DNA of 62,808 bases, counting the filler, from Stramenopiles sp. TOSAG23-2 (lineage: Eukaryota), in NCBI GenBank assembly GCA_900128395.1. It is 11 parts of 11 records of this genome, joined end to end, with 100 filler letters (N's around TTAATTAATTAA, not from the genome) between each part and the next. Parts side by side here need not be neighbours in the genome. Positions count along the whole stretch, not along the records: positions 43,084 to 49,129 come from LT650538.1; positions 49,230 to 55,274 come from LT650539.1; positions 55,375 to 61,419 come from LT650540.1; 8 more parts are not named here. One strand, given 5' to 3'. The position numbers were made by a program, and so were the translations under genes. Shown in pieces: positions 46,101-55,488 of this stretch; position 1 is the first letter of the stretch; each line of letters begins with the position of its first letter. The notes beneath the pieces were generated by a model. That model had not been told where the DNA came from. It worked only from the letters and a program-made list of their open reading frames with translations, and did not search any database.

Positions 46101-49100
46101 AAATCACTAACAAAATCCTCTTCTACTGCATGTTCATCTTTTTTCATCATACCTAAAGCACGTGTTGCAAGGCGTCTTAGAATCGTTAACGATTTATCAT
46201 CTTTTTGTATTGTAATCCACGCAATACGATTCCCAAATGTCTTCTTTATCGTTTCATTTCGTGCTATTTCTGATGCAGTTACGGTCTTTCCAACTCCACC
46301 TGGGCCATATATAGTTACACTTCTTTTTTTTAAAATAGAGGAAGCAATTTTATTTATCAGGTTTTCTCGTGATAAAAAATATGATGTTCGCTTTGGTATA
46401 TCATTTTCGGGGTTATTGTAATCAATATGGATCCAATCCCCCGGTAATTGTTTCGTATTTTCGTTTCTTCCGGCCATCTCAACATTATAGTCTATGCCAA
46501 GATTGTTTAAAGTCATATTGAACTTTTCAAGGTTCTTCAAAGTAAGATGAGAATTTGCCGAATAATGAAATCTTGCCACATGTTGTAAACCATCTTCAAG
46601 CTTTTTGAGATAGTCTACTATATATAATGCCTCTTCCTTGTTTTCCGTTTTCTTATTCATATTCGTGACCTTTTTAACGATTGTTCGACAAAGACGAACA
46701 AGACGAGCTTCAAATGCAGACGTTTCCTCGCTCTTTTGAGATTTTTCCAACCGCTTTTTGATATAATGTGATGCTACCCAAGTAGCCACATGTACGGCAA
46801 TACCAACGATTGGTAAAGTAGCACTAAGAACACCACAGACTAGACGAAAACCCTTCGCATTGACACTATTATCAATGTCTTTTAATTTGGCACTTATTTC
46901 ATTAAAGGGATCCTTCGAATGGGTCGAGTGATCACCATGACGGGAAAGTAAGTGTGGGGCTTCACGCATAACCTCATCAATCTTCTCAAATAATTCCCCA
47001 CCTACTTCCAAAGTGCTTGAAACAGCATGGGCTGTATGTGTTATATGTTCTGCATGATTTAAATCATGATTTGGATGATGAGGCTCATGATTAGGCCTTT
47101 GCGACAACGCAAAGCAATTGGGATCCTTGCTCGCATCCATAGAACTACTTTCAGAGTCAATAAAGTGTTTTTTAATGTTAAGAAAATCTTCTTTGTTTTT
47201 TGTGCGGACACAGAAATTTTCAGTGAAGTTTATGTCATAGTAATTGTTCTCCTCTGAAAACTTTGGATACTCTTTTGTTCTAAAAGCGATTCTGCTGAGC
47301 TCAACTGTTTTCTCTTTTTGGTTGTACAACCAGTTTGGTATTGTTACAAGTGGTTTGTTAGTGTATATAAAGTGGCCACCTTCGATACGTATTGTGTCCA
47401 AGGTCTTCCACCTAACAGCATTAAACCAACCCTTTTCACGGCGCTCGAAGTTTGCAGCACTTTCAAAATTAATTTGAATAAGTCGAAGCATGTGTCCTGC
47501 ATAAAGTGACTGAAGGGCATCATGCAACTGCGTAGAGCCCCCCCCTCCTTTTGCTGCCGGATTCTTAATAACTTCATTACCGTTATCATTTTCGTTCAAT
47601 AGAGGTTTTGGTTTTAAAGATACCCCAAAATAATGATTTTCAAATCGATGCGCAAGAATAATCGGGTCACGTTCTTCCAAGTCTATATTCCACGCAGGTG
47701 GTAGGTGACGTGAGGTCCAGCCATGTCGACTGGAACAGACCATAATCGGATGCTTGAAAAATACCATTGCGGCTAAAAGCATTCTATCACCGCACCAAGT
47801 TTCATAACTTTTTAAGTTAATTATGTGTTCTTCCCACATTTTAGCTTTCTCACTTTTTGATTTATTTTGGTCAATTGCCATGTTGTAAAAAGTATTTGGA
47901 TCTCCATGTTCTGAATCGTCTATTCGCTTGTCTTTAAACTCTTCAACTATTTGTACAAGCTTCTCCCGTAGTACAATAGCACACGCTTTACAATTTTTGC
48001 TAAATGCAGTTTCCGATTCGCATTTATTACACAGCGGACATCCACTGATATTACCATAGTGACAACTAAGTTTTAATGCATGTAATAAGCATGAGCCATC
48101 TTTCTCAGTCTCTTCTTTTACTAAGCCATATATTTTAAGCCTTTCATCAATATCAATGACAAAATTACTTTTGCTTTCGAGTTTTTGTGCTTTAGGATTG
48201 TCTTCAATCAACTTAGATTTGATGTGCTCAAATAACTTGGGTACAAAATAAGACTGCTTAGGAACCCATACAAGAAATTCATTGAAATCTTTAAATTCAT
48301 AAAAACGCTTCTCACCCGAAAGCACCTTTTTGCTTAAATGAAGTTGGAGATAGATACCATCATCTTCCCCAGACTTAAATATAGCATACCCTCTCAATTG
48401 TTTCTTTCTACTTCCATCAACAATAATTTCAACATCCAGTTCTACCTGAGTTTCTTCACTCTTTGATAATTTAATGGTTATTTGAATCTTCTCTTTTAGT
48501 TCTCCCAAGATGCTAAAACATACATCATCTTCTTTTCTGACGTCAAACTTTGGAAATTCTACGAAACACTTGGTGATTTCCCACTTTAATAGTTTTTCGC
48601 CAGCCAAGAAGTCTGGCAAATCACTTTGATCAACTTTTTCTAGGGCAGCTTTTAAGCTCTCCCTTGAAGAAATACATTTTTTCGTCCAGTCTTGTTTTAT
48701 ACATAGTGCCTGTTTAAGCGTATAATTTTGAAATATACACCGAAATATTAAATGCCATAAAGTAAGCGTCTTTTCATCATCCGCCCGTAAATAAAGTTTC
48801 TCTGCTTCAGTATTGTTTTGGGCATTATTTTTTTGCGTTAGTCGCTGCATAAGTATTTTCAATTCGAAGTTAGGGTAATCATATGATAAATCCTCTTCTT
48901 CTTTTCCCCCTTCTTCTTTTTCCATCTGGTAAGTATTCCTTACAACGTTATTTGTTTCAGGGATAGAATAGTTTATACGCCATGGGTTTTCATTCTTGGA
49001 ATACATCACTCGGAAATGCCTTTCATTCCAACTTCCTATCCACTTCGACTTCTTTTTCAGTTTCCCTTCGTAAACTAAAATATCCTCGTCGTAATCTGTC

Positions 49101-49102
49101 AT
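43112..49102 (-). CDS. NLR-like STAND NTPase: PH - OTU - helical bundle - NB-ARC (with ZZ-like finger) - ankyrin repeats
   Basis: PH: YEGKLKKKSKWIGSWNERHF..LYLRADDE..W. OTU: DGSCLLHAL, WCGD, ENHY. P-loop GPGGVGKT at 46306-46283; Walker B LLIVDN; ILMTTRD; WYIP at the GLPL position; LHDLLH. More than ten ankyrin-like repeats follow. Confidence 0.9.
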   Translation of the reverse strand: MTDYDEDILVYEGKLKKKSKWIGSWNERHFRVMYSKNENPWRINYSIPETNNVVRNTYQMEKEEGGKEEEDLSYDYPNFELKILMQRLTQKNNAQNNTEAEKLYLRADDEKTLTLWHLIFRCIFQNYTLKQALCIKQDWTKKCISSRESLKAALEKVDQSDLPDFLAGEKLLKWEITKCFVEFPKFDVRKEDDVCFSILGELKEKIQITIKLSKSEETQVELDVEIIVDGSRKKQLRGYAIFKSGEDDGIYLQLHLSKKVLSGEKRFYEFKDFNEFLVWVPKQSYFVPKLFEHIKSKLIEDNPKAQKLESKSNFVIDIDERLKIYGLVKEETEKDGSCLLHALKLSCHYGNISGCPLCNKCESETAFSKNCKACAIVLREKLVQIVEEFKDKRIDDSEHGDPNTFYNMAIDQNKSKSEKAKMWEEHIINLKSYETWCGDRMLLAAMVFFKHPIMVCSSRHGWTSRHLPPAWNIDLEERDPIILAHRFENHYFGVSLKPKPLLNENDNGNEVIKNPAAKGGGGSTQLHDALQSLYAGHMLRLIQINFESAANFERREKGWFNAVRWKTLDTIRIEGGHFIYTNKPLVTIPNWLYNQKEKTVELSRIAFRTKEYPKFSEENNYYDINFTENFCVRTKNKEDFLNIKKHFIDSESSSMDASKDPNCFALSQRPNHEPHHPNHDLNHAEHITHTAHAVSSTLEVGGELFEKIDEVMREAPHLLSRHGDHSTHSKDPFNEISAKLKDIDNSVNAKGFRLVCGVLSATLPIVGIAVHVATWVASHYIKKRLEKSQKSEETSAFEARLVRLCRTIVKKVTNMNKKTENKEEALYIVDYLKKLEDGLQHVARFHYSANSHLTLKNLEKFNMTLNNLGIDYNVEMAGRNENTKQLPGDWIHIDYNNPENDIPKRTSYFLSRENLINKIASSILKKRSVTIYGPGGVGKTVTASEIARNETIKKTFGNRIAWITIQKDDKSLTILRRLATRALGMMKKDEHAVEEDFVSDLKNIFDKNIRNNGPLLLIVDNLIYKEQVAVINRIREIDHNFSILMTTRDKNICPEETLIEVNKLSREEGVKLLLNSAGLATEAIQIDANGDCNNAFAVVKICWYIPILVKVAGGIAKQLLGKKKDRPDLWAELKKRLEGNPEVFTTTECGRPRFDIDYKASVHLAISAGVDKDLLGEEIYLKYLMLGIFPVSAIITQEALQILWSWGRIKDVNLVWDKLEAVFLLENRPRTIGKKEEDENSKPIANKRTKNHKCTGQCDKLKPYCIYEGRNCNDCGSYIHPNSRIIGCKKCGYDICAKCMTDEEKQTFMNDGGKIDVGLHDLLHAFIREEFHKNLNFSNENEWKRIIVETLLTQSLCKIEQGETEEAMHTLRDGIFNDFAVKNLELKLKNDTLKSMVFCENNQRNFIYYACGFGHLDVVKSLQKLGSRVTNFSDYHGFSCLHVACAYGQVNVVRFLLLDLNVDVNAANKYGSTPLITSIIEAKRHTNENSIMCLLDNDKINVNIADDEGKTALFYACKSGNLAVVERLLQKSVDVNISVPKSKSTPLHAAAKFGHDKVVKLLLEKNANWKTENENGETPLHVACAYGHFGVVKQLMQKDSVNNGKPLVAAIKHGREDIVNFLLQQGANLNEVYCCKTCKQGTILSVAKKVALENQRMHILSLLSTKKGKADTNERGNPFVDASVETAAKLYGIQDEELKQQLAEKAKEISESLADIMPGMPFDNGKIYGLYDACKEGKVRTVEHFLKQHKDDLNSLNNYGSAPLHAACIYGHTEVVQLLLAQPNIAKDISDAVEMNEFSRLLSDPKMYNKGRTPLHHACENGHVEIVTQLLDNGVNVNIQDKDGRTPLNAVVCSEKCSEEKKKEVVTTLLLSCDKLDVNIDSNIPDNKGINIPDNKGNSPMFNASLNNLKSIADLLYAVGANVTIFCASANDYTKELKKMLEEENADELVNRVRFDGATPIWLACLNGNYDSVCLLLENDKLDLNYIHKKDYAKSI

Positions 49103-49229
49103 GCTGATAATAAATAATTAAATATAAATNNNNNNNNNNNNNNNNNNNNNNNNNNNNNNNNNNNNNNNNNNNNTTAATTAATTAANNNNNNNNNNNNNNN
49201 NNNNNNNNNNNNNNNNNNNNNNNNNNNNN

Positions 49230-51518
49230 ACAACAATGCCAATGCTATTTCAAATAAAAATAATAATAGTCAACGCGTAGTAATAAATCACCAACCGGTA
49301 ATCATGCAACAACCTGGCCCACCTTTAAATTGGGTACCACCATTCCCTGGTTGGCAATGGGGTATGCCATTACCACCAAATTATCCACCACCACCACCTC
49401 ATATTGTACAACAACAAGAACAATTAAGGCAAGCACAAATTATGCAACATCAAGCTATGTTAGCACAACAACAGTAAGTAATTATTATTATTATTATCTA
49501 TCTATCTTACTACATGAATCGATTATATATATATATATATATATATACTAACAGTTATATATATATATATATATATACATTTATGCATACACACATGTAG
49601 ACAACAAATGCAACAACAACAACAACAGCAGCAACAACAACAAAATGCACAAGTGAATGCTACTACTCCGCCTCCCCCTACTACTACTGCTAAGGTTACT
49701 GCTGCTAGTACTACGCCGCAACCAACACGTAATGTATCCGATCCATGGAAAGCTTCACAATCTTCGAAAAAAAAATCTATATTAGATATACAAAAAGAAC
49801 AAGAGTTAGAACCAAAAACAAAAAAATCTATATTTAATGATGGCAGTAATAATAATAATAATAAGAATAAGAAGAAGAATAATGATATTAAAAAAAAGAA
49901 GTTCAATAACAACAACATCAACAACAAAAATAGTAAACGTAAAGATGATTCTACAGATTATAAAGATCCATATCCAAGAGGAATTTTTTGGCATTTAGCT
50001 GGTAAATTTCCTAGAATTGATTTTAATCCTGAATGTATGGATTATAGTGAATTGAATTTAATTATGAAAATGCAATTTTTCCCATTACGTTCAAATGATG
50101 TAAGACGTGATGATTATTATTTCGATGAAGCATTAGCACGGCATCGTGCTAGATTAGTGAGTGGAATGCAACCACAACCATTAGGTGCATGTGAAGGAAT
50201 GGGGGAAGGATTAGCCGTTGTGCCAGGTTTAGGTGGTAGACCAGGTGGAAGTGCATCAAAAGCATTATCTGCTGGTGAAAAAGAAGCTGTACGTACATTG
50301 CGTTTAAAAGAAAAAGCTACGAAATGGCAACAATCTAATAAATCATTAGGACGATTTCAAAAATCAAGTGTACGACGTCCAAGAGAATTAATGGATTTAT
50401 CTACTACTACTAGTAGTAGTAATAGTACGAGCAAAGAAGAGGAAAATGGCGGTGCTACCGAAGCAGAAGAAGAAGAAGAAGAAGAGGTCAAAACAACAAA
50501 TGGAGATGATGGTGGTAAGAAAAATGACGAAGCCGGAAAAACAACAACAACAACAGGTCATGATGCATTAAAAAACAAAGCAGCTAAAGGTAAAATGACA
50601 GTAGAAAAATCACAAAAAGTAGCAAAAGGTATTGTACATGAGAAATGTTTAGCAGCACCACGTTGGAGTTTACGAAAAAGCATTGATGAAGGGTTTGATT
50701 CTATTTTAAGGTTGGAAGATTTATCATTAGCATTAGATCAAGGAACCATGACAACAATGACAAGTGATGATATTGTTGCATCATCTTCTACTACTAGTAA
50801 GGATGATAATAAGACGACGACGACGAAGAAGAAGAAAGCAAATGAAGGAGGAAAAAAAAATAGTACAAATAAAAAAAATACAAAAGTATTGACACCAGTA
50901 TTACCAACAGAACAAGCATTGTTAGATCAACGTCAAATTGCATTAGATACATTGACAAAAGTGATTTGTATCGTGAAGAAAAAAAACAAAAATGGTAATG
51001 ATGATTACCATTTAGATGTTGCAAGGATGAAAGACATGGTGAAAATCAATAAATGTAGAAAATTACTTTGTAGAGCATTGCAATGGCTTGATCAGCAAAA
51101 ATCAAGAGTCTTTTTAATAGGGATCATGCCAATATTGCAAGATTTCATCGGTAGAGGTTCACCGGAAGCATTGGCAAATGCAACGACGTTACGAGATAAA
51201 AAAGAAAAGTGGTGGGATAGTATGTTGGATGAACGTTTATCGCAAGCTATCTGCAATTGCATTGTCATTGCAATTGGTGGCGGTCCAAATGGCACACAAG
51301 TAGATCCAACATTACCAATTGAATGTTTAAAAGAATTTTTAAATCGTGGTAATAAAAATGTCAAGCAAACATTGGAAAAACGTGGCGTATCCATTGTAAT
51401 ACAAGCAATTGTAATGCATGGGCAAACGTTTATGCAACAATCACAATTTTTCGGAAATGTCAATTTGCAACAACAATGGGTACAAGAATATAATAAATTT
51501 GTACAAATCATGTCGTGA
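49230..51518 (+). CDS. PAT1: PAT1/PATL1 mRNA decapping activator, 5' truncated, with an intron
   Basis: Pro/Gln-rich exon, intron 49474..49600 (GTAAGT..TACTAAC..TAG) in frame; M...E...I.KMQ...L.S......DDYYF and SLGRFQKSSVRRPRELMDL motifs; helical C-terminal domain. Confidence 0.8.
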
Positions 51519-52251
51519 TGTTAGTACACACACAAGAGAGATATGTGTTGAAAAAATCTTTGAAAAAAAAAAAAATGTTACACCCAAAAAAACGATCTCG
51601 GGGTAAAAACAGTGTAGAGAGACAGAACGAGTCTATTTTATTTTTTTATTAACAACGAAGGACGAGAGTTATTCGAGTTTTCGTCGTACGAAGTATTGCC
51701 GTCCGTAATTACATTTTACGCGCGTATTAAATTAATATTTGATAGATGAGATAATGTTTAAAATATCTAAGGAGTTATGATATATATAAGAGTTTTTATA
51801 CACGAAGTATCGTACGAGAGTACGACTTCGTATGATATGTGTGTGTACAATAAATTTTGTTTAAAAGTAAATGTACGCGTATTTTAATTTTTTATTCCAC
51901 TACTCACATGACAATTCCTACACTCTCAAAAGAATACAGCGTGACTGAGCGAATATTAATATCTATCTCACAAGATGTTTCGATAATTTCCGTAACAGAA
52001 ATTACCGATGAGGTAAATAGATGTTATCAACCTATCATTGATGAAAAATATGAAGAGGGTGGGGAATAAATTGTACCAGGGTACAATTCATTATTCATTG
52101 TATTCCTCACCAAATGCACATTTTAATGCATAACGATTATTATAGGCGCACATCTTAATAATTCTGTATAAATATTTTAAACCATTCCTTTAATATAAAT
52201 AGAATGAACCCGACGTCCAGCGCGTTCAGCGTTCAACGAGAACGCAGGAGG

Positions 52252-52478
52252 GAAAGGATAGAAACCTACTCATGTTTGTAGAGTATTAGTTTGCAGAGGT
52301 GCATTAGAGCTTCTTAGCTTATGATACTATAGTACGAAGAATATTATTTTCTTGTGAGAGACTTTAGATTTTAACCATCATTATTCTTGATTAAATGTTG
52401 TGTATTGTTGTTGTTGATGAGCAGTATTATTACTTAGCACGGGAAGTATCATATCATTTAAAATTATTTTAACCATCA
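52252..52478. repeat. Dispersed non-coding repeat, copy 2
   Basis: Homologous to 12326-12486. Confidence 0.85.
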
Positions 52479-52640
52479 CTATGGATATATATTTTAATGA
52501 AGCTCTCACATGCGCCACCGCAAGCTAATACTCTCTATATACTCCCTATGTAAGCACACAAGTCGGTCTGAATACATATATATGGCAATAGGTTGTGGTG
52601 GCATATATATACGAGTAGTTTGTATATATTTAATTATTTT

Positions 52641-55274
52641 TCAATCCTCCTCAACACTTGAACTTAAATCACTTATCCCATCAGAATCATCATCATCCTC
52701 ATCGCTATCAAAATCACTTAAACCATCACTACTTGATATATCAGACATCATTCCTTCTAATTCTTGATTGATTTTTGTTTGCAATGTTTCTTTATTATCC
52801 CCAATATCATCTAATGACATGGATGATAATTCACTAATGCTACTATCATTTGGTTTAAAGTCATTATTATTATTATTACCACCACCACTTTTTTTCATCA
52901 TCCCATCTAATTCATTTTTAATAGTACTTTTTAATTCTTCTTTATCTTCTACTTTATTAATATCATTCACACTTCCACGACTTAATAAATCCTCATCAAA
53001 ATTTTTCAATTCTTCTTGTACTTTAGAACGTAATACTTCTTGCTTTTTTTCATCAACTGTAGTAGTCGTAGTAGTAGTAGTAGACGTAGATTTAGATGTA
53101 GTATCGGTAATTGATGCACGTTGTTTTCGACCACGGTGAATAGCTTGAATTTTAACAGCTGCTTCTGTTTGTTCTTTTTTCTCCTGTACTTCTTTTCTTG
53201 CTTTTCTACCACGTTGTATTGCAGCTATTTTATTTACTGCCACGGTTTGTTCTTTTTTTTCTTGTATTTCTTTTCTTGCTTTTCTACCACGTTGTATTGC
53301 AGCAATTTTATTTACTGCCACCGTTTGTTCTTTTTTCTCCTGTGCCATTACTCTGGACTTTCTACCACGTTGTATAGCTTGTATTTTAACTGCAGCATTT
53401 TCTAACTGTTCATCATCTTCATCAATACTTGGGGGCATATTTTCATCACCACCATTGTTGTTGTTGTCAAACATGTCGTCGTCGTCTTCTTCTTCTTCTT
53501 CTTCTTCATCGTCTTCCTCCTCTTCATCGTCATCTGGTGCCATAGCTTCATCACCACCAATATCGCCAAATGGATCATCATCGTCATCATCATCTTCGTC
53601 TACTTCCTCCTCATCCATTATACTTGCTCTTCTTTCTTCCATTTCCTTTCTAGCTTTTCTACCACGTTGTATAGCAGCTATTTTATTTACTGCTTCAGTT
53701 TGCTCTTTTTTTTCTTGTACTTCTTTTCTTGCTTTTCTTCCACGTTGTATTGCAGCTATTTTATTTACTGCCACTGTTTGTTCTTTTTTTTCTTGCATTT
53801 CTTTTCTTGCTTTTCTTCCACGTTGTATTGCAGCAATTTTATTTACTGCCACTGTTTGTTCTCTTTCTTCTTCCTTTAATATTTGTTGTTTTTTTCGATG
53901 TACTTCTGCTCTGCTTTTTCTACCACGATGAATAGCAGCTATTTTCGTTGCAGCTTTGGCTTGTTCTTCCAATTCAATTTCTAATTCTTGACGTCGTTGT
54001 TTTTCTTGAAGTCTTTTCTCTTCTGCTACTTGTTTTTCTTGTATCAATTGTTGATATTTATATTCTATTTCTTGTAATTTTGGTGTTATAATTTGCAATT
54101 CTTCCTGCAATTGACGAGCATTATTTTCCGCAACATTCATTTTAATCATCAATCCTTTACTGTTAGTTTTTTCTCGTTGTAATTTTATATTCAAACTTTT
54201 GATTTCACGTACATGTTTTTCTTTATATTCATTTAATTGTGATAATAACGCTTGGTTTTGTTGCATTAATAAATTTAATTGATTTTTACCATCAGTTGAA
54301 CCTTGTGATAAACTACTTGTCACACTGCTACTTGCTAATGATTTATTTGATAATTGGCGTTGGAAACTTGGTGGCAATGCACTGTTTTTTTTTGCTAGCT
54401 TTGATTTATTTTTATTATTCTTATTATTGCTTGAATAATTAACAGGTTCAACATTTGCAATTTCATCACTTTTTACATTTCCATTATTATTATTGTCATT
54501 ATTATTATTAATGTTATTTGCTTTATTATCTATTACCATTGGCATTGGTTTATTTGTGACAATAGACATGCCTAAAATAGAAAATATTTCATTTAATATG
54601 GTTAAATATACTTTCCAAGGAATATGTAATTGATTTTCATCTATTTGTATTTTCTTCCCGATACTATTTCTAGATATACCTGAATCATCATCATCATCAA
54701 TATTGGCATCATTATTATTATTGATATCATCATCACCATCGTTATTATTATTGCTACTATTTTTCTTCTTTTTTTTTCTATTGTTTAATATAAATGCATC
54801 GATTGCACATGTTTTAAAAATATCTACAATATTTCTACTTTTGATATTTTTAAAATATGTTGTTGTATTCATAATATTTTTAATAAATCGGTTTGTACAA
54901 ATATTTAAAAGAACTTGTTGATCTTCATGTTTATGTGAATTGACTTTATGATGTGCTATTGAATAATATGTACGTTTTGATAAAGCTAAACTATCGAAAA
55001 TCGTACGATGTGTTTTATTTGCATCTTGAATATTGTTATTCAATCCAATTGGACTATTAATTTCTAAATATTGCATGTTGATACGTAATTCACATTGGCG
55101 TTGCCCATTTTCATCACATAATGGATAATATGTATCCGTAATATGACCTTGATTAAAAATGAATGGAAATAATGGTATCATGGTTGTCCCCAAACTAACA
55201 TGATCATGTGCTGCTGCTGTTGCTTCACCACCATTACCATTTGGATCTGTAGTTACACCCCACAATTCGATGTA
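52641..55274 (-). CDS. Coiled-coil protein with eight IQ-like motifs and acidic tracts; begins with a possible C2 end; 5' truncated
   Basis: 26-aa repeat EQTVAVNKIAAIQRGRKARKExQEKK in two blocks of four IQ-like motifs; LGTTMIPL..YYPLCD..ELRINMQY resembles the last strands of a C2 domain. Confidence 0.8.
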   Translation of the reverse strand, partial: YIELWGVTTDPNGNGGEATAAAHDHVSLGTTMIPLFPFIFNQGHITDTYYPLCDENGQRQCELRINMQYLEINSPIGLNNNIQDANKTHRTIFDSLALSKRTYYSIAHHKVNSHKHEDQQVLLNICTNRFIKNIMNTTTYFKNIKSRNIVDIFKTCAIDAFILNNRKKKKKNSSNNNNDGDDDINNNNDANIDDDDDSGISRNSIGKKIQIDENQLHIPWKVYLTILNEIFSILGMSIVTNKPMPMVIDNKANNINNNNDNNNNGNVKSDEIANVEPVNYSSNNKNNKNKSKLAKKNSALPPSFQRQLSNKSLASSSVTSSLSQGSTDGKNQLNLLMQQNQALLSQLNEYKEKHVREIKSLNIKLQREKTNSKGLMIKMNVAENNARQLQEELQIITPKLQEIEYKYQQLIQEKQVAEEKRLQEKQRRQELEIELEEQAKAATKIAAIHRGRKSRAEVHRKKQQILKEEEREQTVAVNKIAAIQRGRKARKEMQEKKEQTVAVNKIAAIQRGRKARKEVQEKKEQTEAVNKIAAIQRGRKARKEMEERRASIMDEEEVDEDDDDDDDPFGDIGGDEAMAPDDDEEEEDDEEEEEEEDDDDMFDNNNNGGDENMPPSIDEDDEQLENAAVKIQAIQRGRKSRVMAQEKKEQTVAVNKIAAIQRGRKARKEIQEKKEQTVAVNKIAAIQRGRKARKEVQEKKEQTEAAVKIQAIHRGRKQRASITDTTSKSTSTTTTTTTTVDEKKQEVLRSKVQEELKNFDEDLLSRGSVNDINKVEDKEELKSTIKNELDGMMKKSGGGNNNNNDFKPNDSSISELSSMSLDDIGDNKETLQTKINQELEGMMSDISSSDGLSDFDSDEDDDDSDGISDLSSSVEED

Positions 55275-55488
55275 NNNNNNNNNNNNNNNNNNNNNNNNNN
55301 NNNNNNNNNNNNNNNNNNTTAATTAATTAANNNNNNNNNNNNNNNNNNNNNNNNNNNNNNNNNNNNNNNNNNNNAAAGTGCATCCGTGAAAGTTGCCGTG
55401 AATAGACATAGATTCAGAAAAAAAGAAGTGAAAAACAATATGCATCACCATCACATGTTTAGTCATGTAATTATCCTATAAACGTTTT

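Noticed and set aside
53455-53931. Antisense ORFs with poly-Ser/Leu/Tyr runs (here and opposite most genes)
   Set aside because: They are shadows of low-complexity or repetitive sense-strand codons.
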